64,000 bases of DNA, from NCBI GenBank assembly GCA_018660415.1, contig JABJKG010000013.1:129874-193873 (forward strand), in the 5' to 3' direction. Shown here piece after piece: positions 19,576 to 27,999 of this stretch. The position numbers and the translations under genes were made by a program. Positions within the stretch are counted from its first letter, which is position 1. Each line of letters opens with the position of its first letter. The notes beneath the pieces were generated by a model. That model saw only the letters and a list, made by a program, of their open reading frames with translations. It made no database searches and had not been told where the DNA came from. This DNA comes from a bacterium. GTDB lineage: Bacteria > Babelota > Babeliae > Babelales > UBA12409.

Positions 19576-20472
19576 TTATTTAAATTTTATAAAATCTTTA
19601 AATTTATAGCGCATGCCATTTTGGGAAATAAATATAGACGTTTCTGGTAGAAGTGCTTGACTATCCCAATGTACATGGATTGGGTCTAATGGATTGTTCT
19701 TTGATTCGAGAGGAATCCATCCTTGAAGGGAAATATCAAAATTTTGAATATTCGCATAGATACTGTATAAGGGTTGATCATGGCGTGCTGCTCCTAATCC
19801 AAGAGGTGAAGATCCATCGTCTTCAAAAATACTTATATTTGAAGAAAGTTGGTATATAGGGAGAACATAATCATCATAAACTTTACGAGAGAGACCTTGC
19901 ATGCCGGCTGAAATACTCAGTGCGTTTGGGCTTAAAAGATGATGTTTGTGCTCGGAAAATTGTTCATTTATTATATTGTGTAACACATTTTTTGTTAATC
20001 GACAGGCAATGTCATGACCACAATCTACCAGGAAATATCCTTTGTTTTCTATATGCTCAAATAGAGTATCTAGTGGTTGTAAAACGGAAATGCCTGCATC
20101 GAGATAAAGCATATAAGGGAAAAGCTCAAGCCCTTGCTTTATGGCTACTGGCTTCCAAGTAAAACATCCTCGCACTTTTCGGGTAGGTCCTGTGAGCATT
20201 CGTTCAAACATTTGCGGATTAGTTTTTTCAAGGTTGTATACTTGTACCTTATTAATGGTTTGTAAGAGTTTGCATTGTTTCTTTGTAAATCCTAGATCAA
20301 AAACTGCAATTTCTTGTAAGTTACCAAAGTTTGTTTTATGAATACTTCCAATTAAATTGAGTAATAGTTCAAAATGTTCCTTATCTGCACTGGTGCAGTA
20401 ATATTGAGGGATAGGGTAACTAAGTTGGGTTACAGAAACTAAGAGAAAGATAAATAATTTAGTGAATTTCAC
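19576..20472 (-). CDS. Unassigned GT-A-like protein, paralogue of 29025-29933, with signal peptide
   Basis: Shares QLSY.IPQYYCT..D......LLNLIGSIHKTNF, WKPV.IKQ.L..FPY..YLDAG and ARHDQPL.SI with the ORF at 29025-29933. Confidence 0.6.
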   Translation of the reverse strand: MKFTKLFIFLLVSVTQLSYPIPQYYCTSADKEHFELLLNLIGSIHKTNFGNLQEIAVFDLGFTKKQCKLLQTINKVQVYNLEKTNPQMFERMLTGPTRKVRGCFTWKPVAIKQGLELFPYMLYLDAGISVLQPLDTLFEHIENKGYFLVDCGHDIACRLTKNVLHNIINEQFSEHKHHLLSPNALSISAGMQGLSRKVYDDYVLPIYQLSSNISIFEDDGSSPLGLGAARHDQPLYSIYANIQNFDISLQGWIPLESKNNPLDPIHVHWDSQALLPETSIFISQNGMRYKFKDFIKFK

Positions 20473-20636
20473 TAATTTCCTTTCTTGAGGAATTTACACA
20501 GGATATTCTTTCCAAAAATTATCAAATTATTCCAAAAACTACAACTTGATTTTTGTTGACATAAAATGGTTAAATCTAATAAAGATTAATATATTTTAGT
20601 TTTTAAAATATAAATAAGGAATTTACTTATGGGTAA

Positions 20637-20906
20637 CACAAGCCAAGTCTTTGGAATAAGATAGGAAAGGACATCCACTGGAGTGTTGTTTTTATAGATC
20701 ATCGTCCGGGTGAAAGGCGTATTGAAGATGTGCGTCGGCTAAGAAAGAATACAGATATTTTTATTGTGCATGATACAGAAGAGGCTGGATACAAATACGA
20801 ACCAACCTTTTCGTCTTTCAAGTCTGTATATAGATTTTCTAGGTATAGGTCTCTCACAACTGCAGTAAGTGATACGGTGGATGTTTCAAAACTGTTTGAT
20901 TATTAG
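20637..20906 (+). pseudogene. Start-less 89-codon reading frame, probable 3' remnant of a methyltransferase-like gene
   Basis: The frame is open from the stop at 20634 to the TAG at 20904 and has no ATG/GTG/TTG near its 5' end. It encodes ..WSVVFIDHRPGERRIEDVRRLRKNTDIFIVHDTE.., which resembles the FLDAHW...VIIVDD region of the ORF at 33941-34897. Confidence 0.35.
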
Positions 20907-20910
20907 TATT

Positions 20911-20946
20911 CAAAATGGCCCGACTACAAGTCGGGCCATTTTTGTT
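20911..20946. terminator. Bidirectional rho-independent terminator
   Basis: Stem aatggcccgac, loop tacaa, stem gtcgggccatt, flanked by caaa upstream and tttg downstream. It sits between convergent reading frames. Confidence 0.8.
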
Positions 20947-20963
20947 ATAAAAGTAAGATATGT

Positions 20964-21761
20964 TTAATTAAGTTTGGCAATTGATAGCATTTGATCAATC
21001 ACGTGTTTGTATTGTTTATATGGACGAGAACAATGAGCATCGATATAGCGTTGGTTTCTAAGATGTGAAGCATTGAATTTCATATTATCACCACGGTCTA
21101 TTCTTGGACCTACATTATGGTTTAATTTAACGCAATCTTGTGAGTATCTTTGCCAGCGAGTTAAGCATTCATATAGCATGCGTTCATCAGTAAACCAGCC
21201 CATTCCAAGTGTGTGCCAGTGACTCATAAGAGCTCGCATATCATCAAAACTCTCTACTTGGAAAATTTCCTTAAAAGTACTTCCTAAAGCTGCATTGTAG
21301 CACATTGGAAATGCATTTGGATTAGGCCCGTATGCAGCATTGCGGTATACTATAAACTTATGATCAGGTATTTTTCGAATTGGCTTAGTAAAGTATTTTA
21401 ATTGTAGTGGAAACATATCAATATCGGACAACAGACAGAAATCTGTTGGGAATAAGGCAGGTATCAAAACTCGAATTACTTGGGCCTGGTATCCGGTATT
21501 TAATCCCTCTACTGGATCTATATAAACAACATCACCATATGTTTCATCAATTGGATTGTTTTCATCCCTTGTTCCAATAAATGCTAGAGTTGGTCGAACC
21601 GTATTGTTGGAAATTCGGCACCAAGCTTTTGATACCAGTGGCCAAAACTCTAGATATGTAGGATTATTATCTGATGCAAAAATCACACGATTTATTTGTG
21701 CAGTTTGAATATTTTGGCATGTCAAAGCAAGTGCCAAAATAAAGAAAAGTCCCTTTTTCAT
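20964..21761 (-). CDS. Putative glycosyltransferase of unassigned family with signal peptide
   Basis: 265 aa with signal MKKGLFFILALALTC. A DxD-like motif LLSDIDMFPL follows a hydrophobic strand. The call rests on context within the glycan island. Confidence 0.45.
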   Translation of the reverse strand: MKKGLFFILALALTCQNIQTAQINRVIFASDNNPTYLEFWPLVSKAWCRISNNTVRPTLAFIGTRDENNPIDETYGDVVYIDPVEGLNTGYQAQVIRVLIPALFPTDFCLLSDIDMFPLQLKYFTKPIRKIPDHKFIVYRNAAYGPNPNAFPMCYNAALGSTFKEIFQVESFDDMRALMSHWHTLGMGWFTDERMLYECLTRWQRYSQDCVKLNHNVGPRIDRGDNMKFNASHLRNQRYIDAHCSRPYKQYKHVIDQMLSIAKLN

Positions 21762-22099
21762 TATTTCCCCCTATTTAGAAAATATCATTACTATATGACT
21801 ATAAATACTAATTTGTCTCCCCCAAGACTTGCACGACCCCTTCAGTTTTTTTTGTTATAACCTATAAATTAAGCTTAATCGATAGTAATTATCGAGAGCA
21901 ATGATTAAAACAAAGCTGCGCACCCATTACCAATAGTAATTATTTTAAATTGAAGTATGTAAAGTGCCGCTACAGAGTTTTTGTATGCATTGCCTTGTAT
22001 GAGCTTCTTTCTTGCTGCAATATCTTTTGCATGTTTTATTTAGAGAGTTGGATATAATAAAGAAAAGAACGAAAAACTAAATAAGGACGGAGCAAGTTA

Positions 22100-23509
22100 A
22101 TGCATTTTAAATATATGATGTTGATTATAGGTTTGTTAAGTACTTTTCATATTACAAAAGGCGATGGTCAAAATAGAGACACTCCCTTGTATGTTCCCGG
22201 TGAGTATCTAGAAGAGTCTCCTTTGGTGCTAGTTAATGCACAGAGATTTGATCTTATGGCGAAGTATTTGTTTGCACAGTCGTATATTATGAACTTAAAA
22301 ACAGATTGGTTTTCTTGTTTGTATGAATCACATTTAAGAGTTTGGAATGGTTGCCATGAAGAGTATCCTCCGTCTTCTATTCTCAATTTTAATTGTGCTC
22401 GAGAATATAAAGAAAAAAGAGGAATAAGAGAGTATATTGAGTCATTTAGTGCCTTGTTAGATTCTATACGGACAAAAGGATTTGATCTTTCTCAGTCAAT
22501 TATTCCTACTAATATACACAAGCAAATTAAAGATGGGGCACATCGAGTTTCAGCTTGCTTGCTATTTGATAAGCCGGTTAAATATAAGAAATTTGATGAT
22601 TCTAATTTCATAGCTGCTACAGCAGAATACTTTAAGAAAGCGGGTCTAGAAGATGGGTTTTTAGATGCTATGGCATTGCAGTATTGTAAATTGAAGTCTA
22701 ATACCTATGTTATTAATCTTTTCCCAGACGCTTTGAAGAATGAAGCTGAAGTGTATAAAATATTGTCCAAGTACGGGACAATTGTATACGAAAAAAATGC
22801 TACTTTGTTTAAAAATGGCCCATTAAATCTTATTCGCATGTTATATGAAGAGCCATTTGAAGGGTGGAACAATAACTTTGCTAAGGAAAAAAGCGAGCAT
22901 TGTTTTTTTGGAAAACATAAAAAACATCGTATGAGATTTATTTTGTTTGAGTGTGATTCTTTAGAAAAAACTACGAAATGCAAGTCTGAAATCAGAGCCT
23001 TCTTTAAGAGTTATGACGTTATCCACATCAATGATACACATGAGGAAAGTATTTTATCGGCTCAAACAGCGTTTAATAATAATAGTCTACATTTTATCAA
23101 CCATGCCTCTCCTAAGCACTTTAAAAACTTTACCGATCTTTTTGGTCGGTTTAAGCAATGGATCGCTAGAGAGGGTTATTCCCTAGATTATTTTTGTATT
23201 GATACGAGTGCGGTTTTGTCTGTTTATGGCATTCGAGAATGTGCTGATTTAGATTATTTGCATTCTGGTAGCCCAATTGATTCAGGAATTGTTGGTATTG
23301 ATGATCACGACTGTGAATTAAGATACCATGCAAGTTCAAAGGATGATATTGTTTTCAATCCAGAGAACCATTTCTACTTTAAAGGTGTAAAGTTTTGTTC
23401 TTTGAACACTATAAAAAAATTGAAACAAAAACGGAATGAAGTAAAAGATCAAAAAGATATTAAGATGATTAACGAGCTGCTAGCAAGTAAAAAAGCAGCT
23501 CGTTGTTAA
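22100..23509 (+). CDS. Hypothetical two-region protein (ParB/Srx-like DGAHR region plus minimal nucleotidyltransferase-like region) with signal-anchor
   Basis: Motifs KDGAHRVSACLL and CIDTSAVLSVYGIRECADLDYL (an hG[GS]-x(9-13)-DxD-like pattern). Confidence 0.4.
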   Translation: MHFKYMMLIIGLLSTFHITKGDGQNRDTPLYVPGEYLEESPLVLVNAQRFDLMAKYLFAQSYIMNLKTDWFSCLYESHLRVWNGCHEEYPPSSILNFNCAREYKEKRGIREYIESFSALLDSIRTKGFDLSQSIIPTNIHKQIKDGAHRVSACLLFDKPVKYKKFDDSNFIAATAEYFKKAGLEDGFLDAMALQYCKLKSNTYVINLFPDALKNEAEVYKILSKYGTIVYEKNATLFKNGPLNLIRMLYEEPFEGWNNNFAKEKSEHCFFGKHKKHRMRFILFECDSLEKTTKCKSEIRAFFKSYDVIHINDTHEESILSAQTAFNNNSLHFINHASPKHFKNFTDLFGRFKQWIAREGYSLDYFCIDTSAVLSVYGIRECADLDYLHSGSPIDSGIVGIDDHDCELRYHASSKDDIVFNPENHFYFKGVKFCSLNTIKKLKQKRNEVKDQKDIKMINELLASKKAARC

Positions 23510-23510
23510 C

Positions 23511-24890
23511 TTATGCTTTGAGTTTCTTTTTTGAATTGAAATAGTAAAAATAATAAGGTTTTTTTATTTTTATTTCTTTTTTTAACAAGCCGGAATTGCA
23601 TATTTGCATTGCCCAGGGGGTATCTTCAGCATAGGAGAGCTCAGGGAAAGCAAACTTGCATGCTATTGATTTTTTTATTGGGTTAAGGTGATTTGGCGGT
23701 CGATAATAAGCTTTTTTGTCATCACTATATTTTTTATATTTTATAGAATGAATAAATGGCTTATCAAATTTATTGTTAACAAAATAATGGCCAGTTAAGC
23801 TAACACAATCGGGATTGTTTAAAATTGCTTTGTAGATGATTTCGATATAGTCTTCAGAAATTTTGTCATCATCATCAATAAATGAAATATATTCCCCGGT
23901 ACAGTCGGCTACTAATGCATTACGCTTAGTTCCTACCGATAAATCAGTGTTATCCCTAAAGAAAACTATTTCAATTTTGTCTTCGAGGCAATTTTTTTGT
24001 ATTTGTTGTTCCAGTTGCGTTAAGAGACTACTAAATGTTTTTTTTCTTGAGTCTAGCGTAGGGATTAAGATGCTCCATTTAATTTGAGAAGTTTGCATAT
24101 AAAAATTATGGTCTCGTCTAGTCCAGAAAGTAACTTTATCTTCATCGTGGAAAGAATCATTATGGCGATAAAGTTCATCCATTTTAGTTGCATCATTACC
24201 ACCCCAAGCTGGATGTCGATGCTCTAATAGAGTTTGATGTACATAGCGTTCTTTTTGTAACAGCTTTGCAATTGCAGTAAATTCATTGTCTGAACAAAGA
24301 GACTTGTAGACGGGGTTATAAAGAAACCCAAATTGTCGGTAATATTTGTTATCCATTATTGAATAGGTAATAATTTCTTCTCCAGCGTGCCCATCATAGA
24401 AGTTTAAAACTCCGTTTCCTGTGGGGAAAAATTTTTGCATGTTCTCAGCAATAACAAGGTCAAACCCTTTCGTAACAGGATACATGTCATCACTTGCAAG
24501 AAGAATAATGTCAAAGTCATCTATATGCTTATCTACATCAGCATTGCATGCAGATATTTTCCCATTATTATTGCCAAAATAATAACTCAAGTTTGGGAAT
24601 TGTTTGAATTTATTTATACTTTTGGGGCAATTCATTGTTTTGTCATCTATATCACAAGAAATAACAAAATGAACAGGAATTTTGTGCGAAAGATGGTGAT
24701 AAAAACGTTTGAGATTTTTGAAAAATAGATCGGGACGTGATCTTGTAGGCCATTTAATCAAAAGGCGTGGTTGGGTGTTATTATGAAAACATACATCGTT
24801 AGAAGAAATTTGTTTAACAATGGGTACAATCCTATAAGGAGTGTATAATCCAATACATAAAAGAATCACAAAAATGGATTTAATTTGCAT
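23511..24890 (-). CDS. Two-domain glycosyltransferase: N-terminal unassigned domain (paralogue of 25709-26512) plus C-terminal GT2
   Basis: The N-terminal half aligns by eye with ORF 25709 (LLIK.PTR.R, ISCD..D..MN, LLASDDM.P, GVLNF.DGH, FGF.Y.P.Y). The C-terminal half has ILIPTLDSR...FIDDDD. Confidence 0.65.
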   Translation of the reverse strand: MQIKSIFVILLCIGLYTPYRIVPIVKQISSNDVCFHNNTQPRLLIKWPTRSRPDLFFKNLKRFYHHLSHKIPVHFVISCDIDDKTMNCPKSINKFKQFPNLSYYFGNNNGKISACNADVDKHIDDFDIILLASDDMYPVTKGFDLVIAENMQKFFPTGNGVLNFYDGHAGEEIITYSIMDNKYYRQFGFLYNPVYKSLCSDNEFTAIAKLLQKERYVHQTLLEHRHPAWGGNDATKMDELYRHNDSFHDEDKVTFWTRRDHNFYMQTSQIKWSILIPTLDSRKKTFSSLLTQLEQQIQKNCLEDKIEIVFFRDNTDLSVGTKRNALVADCTGEYISFIDDDDKISEDYIEIIYKAILNNPDCVSLTGHYFVNNKFDKPFIHSIKYKKYSDDKKAYYRPPNHLNPIKKSIACKFAFPELSYAEDTPWAMQICNSGLLKKEIKIKKPYYFYYFNSKKKLKA

Positions 24891-25012
24891 TATTACTACT
24901 TTCTAAATTCATAAAAATATTAAATATTATTTCCAGTTAAAACTTGCAAAAACTATAAAATTTGTAAAGGTTTTATATTATGTATAAAGGGTTGTAAAAA
25001 GGAAAAACTACT

Positions 25013-25690
25013 ATGAAAAGTTGGTTGCTGTTAGGGCTGTTGCTAGGGGTATACTTTGTTGTTGAGTCTAAGTTTTACAGTCAATGTAAGCAGGATCAAT
25101 TTGTTTATGAAACTTTTTTTAAGGATAAAAAGGATGGTTTTTTTGTTGAAATAGGGGCAGATGATGGTATTACATTTAGTAATACCTTATTTTTTGAAGA
25201 ACTTGGCTGGAAGGGAATATGTATTGAGCCTAGACCTACAGCTTTTACAAAGTTAATACAAAATAGACACTGTTTTTGTGATAAGCAAGCTATTGCGGCC
25301 AAAAAAGGAAGTCGAGAGTTTTTGGTTGTAGAAGGTTATTGTCAAATGCTGAGTGGATTTGTTGATACTTATGATCCAGTTCATTTACAACGGATAAAAA
25401 GAGAGTTAAAACAATTTGGTGGCACGAGTTATGTAGAGACTGTTCCATGTATTTCTTTTAACGAACTATGTGACACGTATAATGCTAAAAAAATAGATTT
25501 GTTAAGTGTTGATACTGAGGGTAGCGAGCTGGAAATTCTTAAGCTCATTGATTTTGATCATATTTATATACAGGTGATTGTAGTAGAGAATTTATATGGA
25601 AGTAAGGCTATTAAGGAATTACTCACAAAAAATGGGTACTCATTGGTCAAGGTGCTAGATAGTGATGAAGTTTATTATAAGCCACACTAA
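25013..25690 (+). CDS. FkbM-family SAM-dependent methyltransferase with signal-anchor
   Basis: Motifs FVEIGADDGITFSNT and DLLSVDTEGSELEILK, the Methyltransf_21/FkbM signature. Confidence 0.75.
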   Translation: MKSWLLLGLLLGVYFVVESKFYSQCKQDQFVYETFFKDKKDGFFVEIGADDGITFSNTLFFEELGWKGICIEPRPTAFTKLIQNRHCFCDKQAIAAKKGSREFLVVEGYCQMLSGFVDTYDPVHLQRIKRELKQFGGTSYVETVPCISFNELCDTYNAKKIDLLSVDTEGSELEILKLIDFDHIYIQVIVVENLYGSKAIKELLTKNGYSLVKVLDSDEVYYKPH

Positions 25691-25708
25691 AGGTGGGTAA
25701 GGAGAGTA

Positions 25709-26512
25709 ATGGGTAGATGCAGATTGGTGGTTGGAATATTGTTTTTATTGAGTTTATCAAGTTTAACCGAGCCTTTGAATGCAGCGGAATTGCTTATAAA
25801 ATTTCCTACACGTGAACGAACCAAGAAGTTTTTTAAGTGCTTAGATCAGTATTATAAACTTCTTTCTAAAAAGCATTCATATCATTTTTTAATTTCTTGT
25901 GATGCAAATGATGTAAAGATGAATAATGCAAAAGTGAAAGAGCGTTTTAAGAAATATGACAATTTAACCGTTATTTATGGGGAGCGGGTTGGTAAGATTG
26001 GTGCATGCAATCGGGATATGGATTTGGCTCCAGATTTTGATATTGTACTGCTTGCTAGTGATGATATGTGGCCTTATACACAAGATTATGATGATATTAT
26101 TATCCAGCATATGGAAAAAGAATTTCCTGACTTTGATGGGGTTCTGAATTTTGCAGATGGTCATCCTAAAGGCTCTCATGTACTTAACACCTATCCCATT
26201 CTAGGTAAAAAATACTTTAATCGCTTTGGGTTTATATATCATCCCGCCTACCTATCCTATTTTTGTGATTTAGAATTAGCATTGGTTTCAAGGTTGTATG
26301 GTAAAGAGGCAATTGTTGATATAGAGCTGTTAACACATAACAACCCTGCTTTTACTAATGAAAAAGATGCCCTATATAATTTTAACCAGAAACTATATCA
26401 TAAAGATGAACAGATCTTTATGGAACATCTTACTAATAAGTTTGAATTGGATTTTCTTACATTAGAGCAAGTGGATTATTTAGAATTCTGTAAGTCTAAA
26501 ATGGATGAATAA
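25709..26512 (+). CDS. Stand-alone copy of the unassigned GT-like domain found in 23511-24890
   Basis: Strong AAGGAG site before the start and a signal-like LVVGILFLLSLSS. Paralogy as described for 23511-24890. Confidence 0.6.
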   Translation: MGRCRLVVGILFLLSLSSLTEPLNAAELLIKFPTRERTKKFFKCLDQYYKLLSKKHSYHFLISCDANDVKMNNAKVKERFKKYDNLTVIYGERVGKIGACNRDMDLAPDFDIVLLASDDMWPYTQDYDDIIIQHMEKEFPDFDGVLNFADGHPKGSHVLNTYPILGKKYFNRFGFIYHPAYLSYFCDLELALVSRLYGKEAIVDIELLTHNNPAFTNEKDALYNFNQKLYHKDEQIFMEHLTNKFELDFLTLEQVDYLEFCKSKMDE

Positions 26513-26533
26513 TTTTATTTCAAGGAAAATCGT

Positions 26534-27979
26534 TTGAAAAACAAATTTTTTTATATTTTCGGAATGAGTTTGTTATTCCTCACTGCCTTAACCACCAATC
26601 TTTGTGCTGATGAAAAAGGCTTAGAAAAGCATTTAACTATCATTATTCCAAGTTATAACAATGCACAATGGTATGAAAAGAATTTGCGGTCGGTGTTCAT
26701 GCAAAAGTACTCTAATTATTCGGTTATATACTGTAATGACTGTTCTACTGATGATACTTTCAATAAAGTACAAAAATACATTTGCAGTGTTGGTATGGAG
26801 GATAAAGTAACATTAATTTCTAATCCGGTTAGGCGAGGTAAGGCTGCTAATTTATGGCTAACTCTTCATAATCGAAACTCTGAATATATTATTTCCGATG
26901 AAAGTATTGTTGTTGTTTTAGATGGTGATGATTGGTATCCACACGATGGGATTTTTTCCTATATTAATAAATTATATACGGAGAATGATATTTGGTTTTC
27001 TTATGGCGGATTTCAAGAGTATCCTTCTCAAAAAAAATGCTTTAATAAGCCAATTCCACAAAAAATATTAGATACTAATAGTTTTCGTAAAGCAGGGGCT
27101 TTTGGTTCTCAACAGCGCACATTTTATGCATGGCTATATAGGCAAATAAAATTAGAGGATTGTATTTGTGAAGGATATTTTATTCCTGTCGTTAGTGATA
27201 TAGCTAAAGTTATTCCAATGTTAGAGATGTGTTCTCCACGCTTCAAATTGGTTGATGATTACATTTATGTTTATAATCGATTGAACACTATTAATGATGA
27301 TAAGATTGATCATAAACTACAATGGAAAATTGATCATTATTTTAGGTTGAAGCCAGCATATCCAAAATTGCATGAGCCCAAGTTTTTATCTCTTGATAGT
27401 TATGCTCCAATAGATTGTATTGTGTCAGTGCAGGAGCATCAATTGAATAAAATCGATCCTCAAAGTCTATATAGTCAATTAGAACAGCAGTTTTCTGATA
27501 TTGGAAGAGTAATTGTTCTAGCAGACCAAAAAAGTCGCTACTTAGTTGTAGAGCATGATGGTTCTAATCATTTTAAAACAACAAGGGGTGTTGGTTTAAA
27601 CTCTTTATTAAAGGGGGTTTCGAGCAAATATGTTTGTTTTCTTAACTTAGAAAAGCTGGCTTGTTTTAACAGTACCAATTTATCTGAAGTTAATCATTCA
27701 TTGGAAAAAACTCATGCATTTTGTTATGAAATTTTTCCAGCTAAGCAAAAGCATTATGAACAGCTTGGTAGCGGATTATGTGGCTATCAAACCAGTTGTT
27801 CTCTGTCTTATATAAAAAAGAGAGGCGGGTTTGATGGAATGGTTTATAAAACTGAGGAGCTAGTTTCTTTCCTGGGTGGACTAGAAGAAAAAACTTTTTC
27901 TTTTTTTAAGAAAAAGTGGGATGAGTACTGTTGTTCTCGTCAAAACAGGCATAAAATTTGTCTTCTGCATAAAAATTAA
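26534..27979 (+). CDS. GT2 glycosyltransferase with a ~220-aa C-terminal extension of unknown function
   Basis: TTG start after AAGGAA. Motifs IIIPSYNNAQWYEKNLRSV..Q.YSNY..IYCNDCSTDDT, LDGDDW and RTFYAWLYRQI. Paralogous to 29997-30758 and to the C-terminus of 31771-33918. Confidence 0.75.
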   Translation: MKNKFFYIFGMSLLFLTALTTNLCADEKGLEKHLTIIIPSYNNAQWYEKNLRSVFMQKYSNYSVIYCNDCSTDDTFNKVQKYICSVGMEDKVTLISNPVRRGKAANLWLTLHNRNSEYIISDESIVVVLDGDDWYPHDGIFSYINKLYTENDIWFSYGGFQEYPSQKKCFNKPIPQKILDTNSFRKAGAFGSQQRTFYAWLYRQIKLEDCICEGYFIPVVSDIAKVIPMLEMCSPRFKLVDDYIYVYNRLNTINDDKIDHKLQWKIDHYFRLKPAYPKLHEPKFLSLDSYAPIDCIVSVQEHQLNKIDPQSLYSQLEQQFSDIGRVIVLADQKSRYLVVEHDGSNHFKTTRGVGLNSLLKGVSSKYVCFLNLEKLACFNSTNLSEVNHSLEKTHAFCYEIFPAKQKHYEQLGSGLCGYQTSCSLSYIKKRGGFDGMVYKTEELVSFLGGLEEKTFSFFKKKWDEYCCSRQNRHKICLLHKN

Positions 27980-27999
27980 TTTTAAAAAAGGAAAATATA

